From Bradymonadales bacterium (GTDB lineage: Bacteria; Bdellovibrionota; UBA2394), in assembly GCA_007693605.1 (NCBI GenBank), contig REDG01000058.1, positions 1-51,241 of the forward strand: 51,241 bases of DNA, read 5' to 3'. Below the pieces are notes generated by a model that made no database searches, was not told the origin of the DNA, and was given only the letters and a program-made list of their open reading frames with translations. Positions 10,201 through 17,345 of the stretch are shown piece by piece (position 1 is the first letter of the stretch; each line of letters begins with the position of its first letter). The position numbers and the translations under genes are program-made.

Positions 10201-12822
10201 AGAATAAGTGAGTCTGCGCAGGCTGAGTTTCGTGATCGTTTTGTTGAGCCAATCTCTCATCGCCTGATCGTGGGCATCACGAAGGCGGCGGGTATGGACC
10301 AAGGAGAAGATCAGATCATTCAGGTTTTTGAGGGCGAAACCCCTTCGGCCCAAGCTGCCCGCACTTGTCGAGCGCCCGATCAGATTCTTATGGATTTTGA
10401 CGGCGCAAACCGCCAGCACTTCGTCTTGTGTAAAGTCGCTCGCACTGTGCAGATCCTTGATGAGAATCTTCAGCTCGTAGGGACTTTGCCCGCTGGGAGC
10501 TCTCCAAGAAAAATGCTTGTGGGTTCCGACGGAACGAGCAAGTGGATTGCGGTTCTTCAGAACCAAGCCCGACTGGTCCTCCACCGTTTTCCAGGAGGAA
10601 GCACTCAAATTGCGAGCGATGTCACCACCACAACGATCAACCTTCCCGGTCCCATGACAGATATGGGTCTCTTTGCCAGTCTTGATGGAGCGCTTCTGAG
10701 CAGCTATGAGGCGAACCTGGTGGCCTATCTAGACTTTGATTCAGCTTCGATTGTTGAGAATTTCTATTTTCCCAATGAACTCGATGGGGTCGCTCTTCAG
10801 TCTGCCAATCTGGGGGCCTTTGCTTCTTCTAAGTCGAATAGCGTTTACGAGATTGTCCTTCCCAACTTTCTGAATTCAGGAAGTCTCTCCTTTTATCCTC
10901 TGTCGGGGCGGCCCATTCAGGTCGCCTCTCGACCCAACCGAATCTATGCTCTTACACGAAATGAGAATCGCCTGGCGGTGATCAATACCGCGACTGCACA
11001 GATTCAAGAATTTCCTGTTCAGAACCGTCCGAATCATTTTGACTTCGATCTGACTCGCAATGAGCTTTGGGTCGCCAATCGAGACTCTCAGTCGGTATCA
11101 AGAATCGATATTAACCCCGCCGGAGAGTCTGTAGTCGCGCACTATCCCTTAAACTTTTTCGTCTCAAAAGTTCAATACGACCCGATTGGAGAGAGACTTT
11201 ATGCCGCTGGGGGAACACAGCTGCGGGCCTATCACCCAGATACTTTCAATTTAGAAGCAAGCTACGATCTCGGGTCTCGAATTACTGAGCTTCAGGCCTT
11301 TTCGTTCAATGACGGAACGCCTCGATCGGGAGTGTTGGCTGCGTCCGCTGACAATTGGACATTGAGCTTTGCCGACCTGAACTCTGCCAATATCATTCAG
11401 CTTGAGGGCTCTCCTCAGTCTCTGTCGGTTCATCAGGGGCAGGCCGTGGTTTCACAACCTAATCAACAACAATTTCAGTGGGTGGACTTTTCTCAGTCTG
11501 TGAGTTCTGTAAAGCCGTTGCCCCAGCTTCAGTCCATGTTCCCGCTTCAATCCTCATTCGCCACCTTCTCGTCAGGGCTAAGGAGTCTTCGATTTTTTCT
11601 ATTTGATGGGATCGACGGGCTCAGCTTCCCTTCGATAGAGATTTTCCAAAACTCTGCTGTTGATTTTGCAGCAACGGACGGAGGTCAGAACATTTGGCTG
11701 ATGAATCGATCGGAACAGTCGATCTCTCAGTTGTTGTCGGGTTTTCAGCCAGAGGTTCTTGGAAATTTAACACTCAATCGACCAGTGGACCTTCTCACCC
11801 ATGCCTGGGCCGCCGATGACCGACTCTATGTTCTTTTGAGAAATCTCGCGGCCGTAGCCGTGATCGACTTGCCAGGGGGCGAGATTGTTCAAGTTCAAAA
11901 GGTCTGTCGAGCCCCAAAGAAAATGGCACTCGACTCTGATGCGGGCAATCGAAGGCTCTTTGTGCTCTGTCCAAGAGATCATGCCTTAAGCGTTCTCAAT
12001 TTGAATGCTGAGGGTCTTGCAACGGCTTCAAGTCTTTGGGTCACACGAAGGAGCCCGTCTGATTTGCATTTGATCGGCAACAATCTTTATGTCAGCAGTC
12101 GAGAAGAGAACCGGGTGCAAAGATTCAACGGCACTACTGGCGCCCTTCTCTCGGAGTTCGAGGTGGGGCCTAATCCGGTCAGCTTGGTTGAGGATGAAGC
12201 CAATGAGCTTCTTTTCGTGATCTCTTCTGGAAGCACGGATGTTGCGGTGATCAATACGGACACTCAGGCTTTGCTTCCTAATCCTCTAAACACTTCAAGG
12301 TTTGGGCTCTCTGGGGCGAGCATCAACCCCAACACCGGAAGCTTGTTTGCCTTCTCTATCACCCCCGCTTCTGTTTTTGCCGGAGGCATAAACGATTGGC
12401 AGCTTCAGGGCCCCTCCCTGGTGAGTCACTATCCATCAGGGCTTTTCTTCGCCGAAGGAGACGACGACAAGATCTTTGTGACCTATCCTGAGAGTTCGGC
12501 CATTCGAATTTACAATGAGGACGATCAAGTCATTCAAGATCTTGAAATCGGTTTGGGGGCTTCGTGGGTAAGACAGGTGGCTAGTGCTGGGGTGCCAAAG
12601 GCCTTCGTGAGTCTTCGGCAAGAAAACGAGATTGCTGTGGTTAATGTGGATACGGCTTCAGTCATCAGACGACGGAGTCTTTCAGAGGCCTGTCGACCGA
12701 AGAAGATGGCCGAGCTTTTAGGTCGTGTCTTTGTGCTCTGCGAGGGCCGAGATTTGATTGAGGTCTTTGAGCCCGACAACCAAGACGCCTATCTCGGAAG
12801 CATCTCTCTCAGGTTGAGATAG
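7297..12822 (+). CDS. Large lipoprotein: propeptide + M4/M36-like zinc metallopeptidase + Ig-like domain + multiple YVTN/YncE-type beta-propellers
   Basis: Lipobox LTGC after a hydrophobic stretch; FTP-like propeptide (YFRQRLAGLPV); HEYGH at 8821-8835 followed by GAFGEGYAD; repeated blade motifs (LWVANRDSQSVSRID, LYVSSREENRV). SD AGGAG at 7281. Confidence 0.8.
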   Translation: MTIRGILLILSSPLLLTGCFERKDHIGPEGSKTSRSAHQDSKAPDFQPSDSKSPQAPEAEAVSLDRSQDSSSRPESQGRSKEEAMDGGAVAPSTGPSRGSLPAQSSRLLQRVKLPPKSHSKSLDEGFLHLSEDREARRQLVLSGSDEVARPAKGPLEFVKAWLKEEWPAGPQGLEFELLQQRESRKASRYHFYFRQRLAGLPVEDSQLRVNLFVSEDSYRVISITQQIAPAPVLAGSPKAEASEAIHELLRQRIFSEYSLEALSVQGLIFYPFHYEDLPSVSRAVWKVFAVDQSTGSIEAWSFYFDQFSLELIHKKRENLHFDSEGFVEAWASPDDLPIRPETDLVLRPLRRAFVETPSFFTHTDLEGFYQLLDPDPLPHSVTSSLFSTQIGRGLQVFDAITSMIPELSTVISSNQNPLNFLFNHAPTDTLTATINSFIGVEKSYRYFVDRGAFGVLDTQVLQVQANHDFLHCNAAYIPDLDDDEPALLLFFQEGGGCRNSAYSTIVAHEYGHHVVNRLILDQGAFGEGYADTLAMLLYDVPGIGFDLFQDDQYLRHPTSENVRYPCSGGIYTCGSVLSALFWDLRMSIGLEATRQLHVDWSLETAGGLGSNAVLPQTIVELLLADSDTGDLSEGTPHWKQICGAAKKRGLSCPKQLNGVFGSSIPQVIFPGQSLSLTLDVFSGIGNPQAGTGAFHYRINAGSWQQIAMTVLGPNQYEIDLPILQEGDVLEFYFSADSSLGLTQNFPSAGSQAPFSITAQSPFLPTTQYSVPKNPVRVLSADLQERLGGLSSVFVLTDRSNRGLLEFSGPSLGLRRAAIARLPESFTPGAGSVFYRRTDRSQDFFMTNHSRTEIYWGQSDDQDPVFHPTKCKGFSRIKEILFVEGQGGARQLVVLDEGRQKISSFQLDSDEAEFCVNRQDFFLEGVEWIKPLELDNGNPGVFVGSRSKDGLWVRILDVLVLGSATPSIRISESAQAEFRDRFVEPISHRLIVGITKAAGMDQGEDQIIQVFEGETPSAQAARTCRAPDQILMDFDGANRQHFVLCKVARTVQILDENLQLVGTLPAGSSPRKMLVGSDGTSKWIAVLQNQARLVLHRFPGGSTQIASDVTTTTINLPGPMTDMGLFASLDGALLSSYEANLVAYLDFDSASIVENFYFPNELDGVALQSANLGAFASSKSNSVYEIVLPNFLNSGSLSFYPLSGRPIQVASRPNRIYALTRNENRLAVINTATAQIQEFPVQNRPNHFDFDLTRNELWVANRDSQSVSRIDINPAGESVVAHYPLNFFVSKVQYDPIGERLYAAGGTQLRAYHPDTFNLEASYDLGSRITELQAFSFNDGTPRSGVLAASADNWTLSFADLNSANIIQLEGSPQSLSVHQGQAVVSQPNQQQFQWVDFSQSVSSVKPLPQLQSMFPLQSSFATFSSGLRSLRFFLFDGIDGLSFPSIEIFQNSAVDFAATDGGQNIWLMNRSEQSISQLLSGFQPEVLGNLTLNRPVDLLTHAWAADDRLYVLLRNLAAVAVIDLPGGEIVQVQKVCRAPKKMALDSDAGNRRLFVLCPRDHALSVLNLNAEGLATASSLWVTRRSPSDLHLIGNNLYVSSREENRVQRFNGTTGALLSEFEVGPNPVSLVEDEANELLFVISSGSTDVAVINTDTQALLPNPLNTSRFGLSGASINPNTGSLFAFSITPASVFAGGINDWQLQGPSLVSHYPSGLFFAEGDDDKIFVTYPESSAIRIYNEDDQVIQDLEIGLGASWVRQVASAGVPKAFVSLRQENEIAVVNVDTASVIRRRSLSEACRPKKMAELLGRVFVLCEGRDLIEVFEPDNQDAYLGSISLRLR

Positions 12823-13101
12823 AGATGTCCGCTACTTTCCTGAGCTGTCATTGCTTCTCACTTCCTAGAAGTAGCATTGACAAGTCTATCCGGGACTTAT
12901 TTTGTTTTTTGGGCAGGGGATTTCCTCTGCAATCGATTGATCGACACTTGAGTGAGCGGTTTCAGAAAAGTGTCTCCCAGCATTTCAGCGATAGAACTAA
13001 AGTGCTAGTCATTGTAGCCACAGATAAGCTAGAAAATCTGAAGCTCGACATGTTATCATGGAAATTCCTTGGGAAGGGGAGATTTTGTTTTGAGCGACCG
13101 A

Positions 13102-13812
13102 ATGGACCCTAAATCGAGCCAGTTTCAGAGAATTCAGTTGAGAAGGTCAGAAGTCCTGTTTAAGCAGGGCAGTCGTGGCTCAAATTTTTATGTGATCGAG
13201 GACGGTCTGATTGAACTTCAGTTTGACGGAAGAACCCGCCGACTTTTGAAGCCAGGAGAATTTTTTGGAGAGATTGCTCCGCTGGCTCACTTACCTCGGA
13301 CAGCCACAGCTACCGCTCTGGCATCGACTAAGCTTTTGGAATACAGTTCGGATCAACTTCAAACTCTACTCGAAGAAAATCCTCTGATGGCGGACCGAAT
13401 TTTCTCTAAATTTCATGGGAGGCTTCTTCAGCATTCCTTTAAAAAGGAAAGAAATATTATCTTTGCCAATGATTCAATCTTTGAAAACTTTCTGACCCAC
13501 TTTAGGCCTCGTTTTTTCCCCAAGGATGAGACTCTTTGTGAAGAGGGAGACTTCAATCGAAATCTCTACTTCATTAGAAAAGGAAGTGTTTCGGTGATTA
13601 AATCTGGAGAAGTTTTGGCCAAAGCCGAGGCAGGACATTTTTTGGGGGAGGTTAGTGCTGTTTATGCAGTTCCTAGAACAGCCACTCTAAAAACTCTTGA
13701 ACCCATGGAAGTCTTAGAGTGCTCTGGCTCGACGGCTACTAAAATTCTGGATGAATTTCATCTTTTTCGGAAACACTTGATGAAGCTCGCTTTAATGCGA
13801 ATGAAAGCTTAG
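13102..13812 (+). CDS. Tandem cyclic-nucleotide-binding domain protein
   Basis: Two cNMP domains, each with a phosphate-binding cassette (FFGEIA...PRTAT; FLGEVS...PRTAT). Start could be as far up as 13069. Confidence 0.85.
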   Translation: MDPKSSQFQRIQLRRSEVLFKQGSRGSNFYVIEDGLIELQFDGRTRRLLKPGEFFGEIAPLAHLPRTATATALASTKLLEYSSDQLQTLLEENPLMADRIFSKFHGRLLQHSFKKERNIIFANDSIFENFLTHFRPRFFPKDETLCEEGDFNRNLYFIRKGSVSVIKSGEVLAKAEAGHFLGEVSAVYAVPRTATLKTLEPMEVLECSGSTATKILDEFHLFRKHLMKLALMRMKA

Positions 13813-13863
13813 CTACCTGAGACCTAGCCGAATTCATTGCCAGCCCAGTTTTCCACGACAATC

Positions 13864-15006
13864 TTAGGTGTCTGATCCAGCGTTTGGCAAAGCCAGCAAC
13901 CAAATTTCGATTAGATCTCTTTCTGCCTGAAGCAGTTTGGCCAAGGCCCTACTGGAGGCTCGAACGGTTTCAGCCGTCTCGTTCAAGTTCAAGCCTTGCA
14001 CGGGCCAGATGGCTCGAGCGCGGGAGAACTCGCCGCTGTGAGCTCGTAAAAATTGAATGGCGTCGATATCTCGCAGAACCGTCGAATAAGGGAGCTGATT
14101 GTCCAAGGGCTCTCGTATGTTCAAGACCTCGCCCTCGAGATGGAACAAGTTGGCTAGAGCCGCCAGCGTTTCAAGCGAGTGCGCCAAACTCTCAGCGATA
14201 TCGTCTGGAAAATCATACCGCGCTGCATCCGAATCGACCGGCCAATCAACCATGGCTGGCAGCAAGATGTTGTTGCTGAGAGCATGGCGTTTATCTCCGA
14301 TGCCTTCGGGTTCATCACGATTAAAGAGCTCAAAGTCCGCATAGAGATGGGGACGATCCGGGTTGAAATCGACCGCACTCGTCCATCGGGCGATCTCCGG
14401 TGGTAGGGAGGCCTGTAGTTGAGTGACAAGTATGGAGTTCTCGAGCTGAACGCTGTGCACCTGACCAACAAGGGTTTCAATGAAGGGGCGATGTAGTGTC
14501 CCAACCGTGAGAAGAAGTCTCTGGCGTTCTTCGGGTTGAGCCTTCAACGACCAGAGTTGCCTCAAAAAATGGCCTGTTCCTGAAGTGTTCAGGACTTGCG
14601 ATATCACACCGACGCCCTCTTTGAGACTCGAATTTTTGAACTCAAGTTCTCCCATCCACCCCACTAAAATGATTCGTCCAAGTTCATCCTCTCGGTCCAC
14701 TAGGGCCCTAAGGAGTTCGAGGTGCTCACCCCCACCGTATCGTCCGATAGCCAGGATATCCTGAATCCGATTAGCTTTCTGAGTGATAACATGAACCGCG
14801 ATGCGGTAGCGCAAGGCTTGAGGTGGCAGAGTGAGTAGTTTAGAGCGCTGAGCCTCATTCGTCCCTGAGACCTCAGCAGACCCGAGAATGCGAATTTTTG
14901 AGTGACAGTCGGCGACGAGATCCCCGCCGCTAGGCACTAGAGATATAGTCAGTAGCTTAAAAAGCAAAATATGAACTCTACAAACGAGGCCTATCTTTCG
15001 GAGCAT
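13864..15006 (-). CDS. Hypothetical protein, possibly exported
   Basis: 380-aa ATG ORF with a hydrophobic N-terminus; no recognisable motif. Confidence 0.6.
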   Translation of the reverse strand: MLRKIGLVCRVHILLFKLLTISLVPSGGDLVADCHSKIRILGSAEVSGTNEAQRSKLLTLPPQALRYRIAVHVITQKANRIQDILAIGRYGGGEHLELLRALVDREDELGRIILVGWMGELEFKNSSLKEGVGVISQVLNTSGTGHFLRQLWSLKAQPEERQRLLLTVGTLHRPFIETLVGQVHSVQLENSILVTQLQASLPPEIARWTSAVDFNPDRPHLYADFELFNRDEPEGIGDKRHALSNNILLPAMVDWPVDSDAARYDFPDDIAESLAHSLETLAALANLFHLEGEVLNIREPLDNQLPYSTVLRDIDAIQFLRAHSGEFSRARAIWPVQGLNLNETAETVRASSRALAKLLQAERDLIEIWLLALPNAGSDT

Positions 15007-15170
15007 TCGGCGAGACTACTCTATGCGGGGAAGATTCAGCACATTGCTTTGGTCTGATGCTGATGTGGGCCCCCATAAACTCTCGCAATCCTCTCGGCTT
15101 CATCATGCTGAGCGCAACATCGCGGTTGAACTCTGAGCCAGGTCTGATATGTCGATGTTCTCAGTCGATA

Positions 15171-15860
15171 CTAAAAATTGATTCCAACTGCAGCCCCCGC
15201 ACTGTAGACCATTCCTAAGGTTTTACTGGTGGTACTGAAATTTCCTAAGTTTTCGATTCCTGTGTTTCCATTGATCTGTCTCCAGAGGTTGATATCAACC
15301 GCCGCTGGGGTAATCATGACATGAACCATGGAGGTTGGTCGCAGAAGGAGCCGAAGCGAGGGTTGGACTCCGAGTTCGTGAACGGACACATTGGACTCAC
15401 CCGAACCTGCATCCACTTTCGACTGTCAGAAACTGTAAACAGCGCCCAAGTCTCCACCGGCAGAGAAGAATCCATCTCCGAAGCGAACAAAGTGTTGGAT
15501 CCTCGGTTTGATTCCTAAGATGTTGACGCTTTGGCCTGTTGAGTAGGTCAATGGAAGAGCATAGGACTGGGTTCCGACCTCAAGCTGGTAGACGATTCTG
15601 GTATTTCTATTGGCAGCAGCACTATTGTAGCCGGTGATGCCAATATCTCCCAAAACGCCAACATTAAAATAAAGTCCCATCGGATCGAGGCGACTCTCTT
15701 CGGGTCGTTCACTGGCGTAGGGGTCACCCGTTCGTGCCGAAGTCTGTGGGCCTGAGAACGAGCTGGCAATCAAGCCAACAGCACAGGCCAGCTTTATCGT
15801 CACTAAGCTGCGTCTAGCCCGAACCGTTCGGGAAGATGAATCGTTTTTGTTTTGTTTCAC
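15171..15860 (-). pseudogene. Outer-membrane beta-barrel protein gene with one in-frame TGA at 15426-15428
   Basis: ORFs 15426-15860 and 15171-15416 share a frame (...YSF*QSKVDAG...). Signal peptide, amphipathic strands, C-terminal Phe (AAVGINF); SD AGGAG before GTG. Confidence 0.75.
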
Positions 15861-16213
15861 AATGATACTCCTTCTTTTAAACTATGAACAAAGGCCATAA
15901 GGCCTCTAGATCGAAAGCTGATTGATTGCTTTCTGATTTCTGTAGATTCGCTCAAACAGTATTCTTAAGAAGCGTTCTCCGAACCTACACAAAGACGGAG
16001 TTTCTAAAAAAGTACGCTTTGCCAGGCCTATCGAAAGTCAATGTTTGCGCATTGCGAGTTGGAGCAGGCTGGGCCCCCATGAATATAAATCAAAGGACCA
16101 AGATGTTATGGCCCTCGATCGCTGTATTTGCTACTCGCTCGGCTTCAGAGTCCCTCATCCCGCATTTCAAAGCATTGTCACTCCAGTGAGATTACAGACT
16201 TACCCCGTTCAAC

Positions 16214-16882
16214 CTATGGCCGCGCTTCTTTTCGAGCATTCCGGCGGAGTCTCTTGTCCACCTTCTTTAAAAGAGCAGGAGCTTCATTTGCGAAGCTAGC
16301 AGGTAGGGTCAGCTTAAGGCGCTCCATTTGATCCGAAAGGTAGTTCAGATCGATATTTGTTTGCTCTTTGAAGATAGATCGCAAATCTGAAAGGTCATGA
16401 AGACGAGAGTTGTCATTTGCAAGGGAATACATTTTTGCCAAAATCAGATCTTCTTTGCACAAACAAGGCAAATCACCAAAGCCAAAATTTCTCGTGTTGT
16501 GTTGAGCTCTCTCAAAAGCCGCTTCAAACCAGGGCATGGTAGGAAGAATGAAATCCAGTCCTGGCGCATCTCGATCTTTTTCTCTTCGCCCCACAACAAC
16601 AAGGACCGGACTCCGTCCTGATTTGATCGCAAACATTGGGCCGCCTTCAAGTTGAGCTCTTGTGGCCACATGAGGAACTAGGCCCATAGCCTTGATTAGA
16701 TCACAGGCTGCTTGTTGAGAGTTGGAATCTGCTAGAATGAGAAAATCAATGTCGTTGGTTGTTCGTGGCTGATCTCGATAGAGAGAGGCCACAAGCCCAC
16801 CTGCCAAGGCAAATTTTATATTCCTTTTCCGGAGTTCGTTTACTGCGGCTTTGAAGAGCTCAGCATAGCTCATCGAATTCAT
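16214..16882 (-). CDS. Nucleotidyltransferase, AbiEii/DUF1814/DUF6036-like (putative toxin)
   Basis: AGGLVASLY...PRTTNDIDF and EDLILAK...RLHDLSDL motifs. ATGA overlap with the upstream HTH gene. Confidence 0.8.
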   Translation of the reverse strand: MNSMSYAELFKAAVNELRKRNIKFALAGGLVASLYRDQPRTTNDIDFLILADSNSQQAACDLIKAMGLVPHVATRAQLEGGPMFAIKSGRSPVLVVVGRREKDRDAPGLDFILPTMPWFEAAFERAQHNTRNFGFGDLPCLCKEDLILAKMYSLANDNSRLHDLSDLRSIFKEQTNIDLNYLSDQMERLKLTLPASFANEAPALLKKVDKRLRRNARKEARP

Positions 16883-17244
16883 TTGCGAGCCGATCGAATC
16901 ATCTCTAAAGCTTCATTGTTGAACTCAAGAACTTTTCTGGCCTTCTGATTCTGAGAGACCTTATTAATAGAGGTGTCGTGTTCGTCAATGACCTTAAATA
17001 ATTGTTTCAGCAAAGAGTGGATGGGATCGCCAATTTTGAGAGAAATCAGTCGGTACTTGCCATCAATGCTTGAGCCGACCAAACCTTCCCGTTCCATTTC
17101 ATCGACAGCGTGCTGGGTTGCTGTAAGAGACACCCCAGACAGTTCGGCCAACTGTCGAAGGGGAAGAGCCTGCTGACGAAATACCAAAACGCGAAGAAGC
17201 TTCCAGCGGCTACGATTACTTAAAATGTTCACAATATCGAACAT
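16879..17244 (-). CDS. Winged-HTH (ArsR-like) protein, putative antitoxin/autoregulator
   Basis: RWKLLRVL...LRQLAELSGVSLTATQHAVDEMEREGLV helix-turn-helix followed by a wing. Confidence 0.8.
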   Translation of the reverse strand: MFDIVNILSNRSRWKLLRVLVFRQQALPLRQLAELSGVSLTATQHAVDEMEREGLVGSSIDGKYRLISLKIGDPIHSLLKQLFKVIDEHDTSINKVSQNQKARKVLEFNNEALEMIRSARK

Positions 17245-17250
17245 TTAATG

Positions 17251-17279
17251 ATTGTACTAATATTAGAACAATTATTCAA
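17251..17279 (-). promoter_or_regulatory. Sigma70-type promoter (TTGAAT-17-TACAAT), apparently leaderless, overlapped by a 22-bp palindrome
   Basis: -35 at 17274-17279, -10 at 17251-17256, ATG 6 nt downstream, no SD. Palindrome ATTGTACTAATATTAGAACAAT (17251-17272) has one mismatched pair. Confidence 0.75.
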
Positions 17280-17345
17280 CGCCTGCGACTAAGCACCTGA
17301 AAATAGTGAACTTTTGTCGCCAGATCCCAAGATCTGTTCGCGCCA

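Noticed and set aside
12825..13112. 95-aa ORF after the giant lipoprotein, and short ORFs at 15926-16331
   Set aside because: No SD or protein-like motifs; probably intergenic or decayed sequence.
15395..15428. Selenocysteine reading of the in-frame TGA (GGAUGCAGGU 11 nt downstream recalls the E. coli fdhF SECIS 5' arm)
   Set aside because: The complementary 3' arm is absent so no hairpin forms, and the context is a barrel strand rather than a redox site.
15066..16080. Direct repeat TGGGCCCCCAT flanking the barrel pseudogene
   Set aside because: An 11-bp match is expected by chance in 51 kb and there is no integrase or other att evidence.
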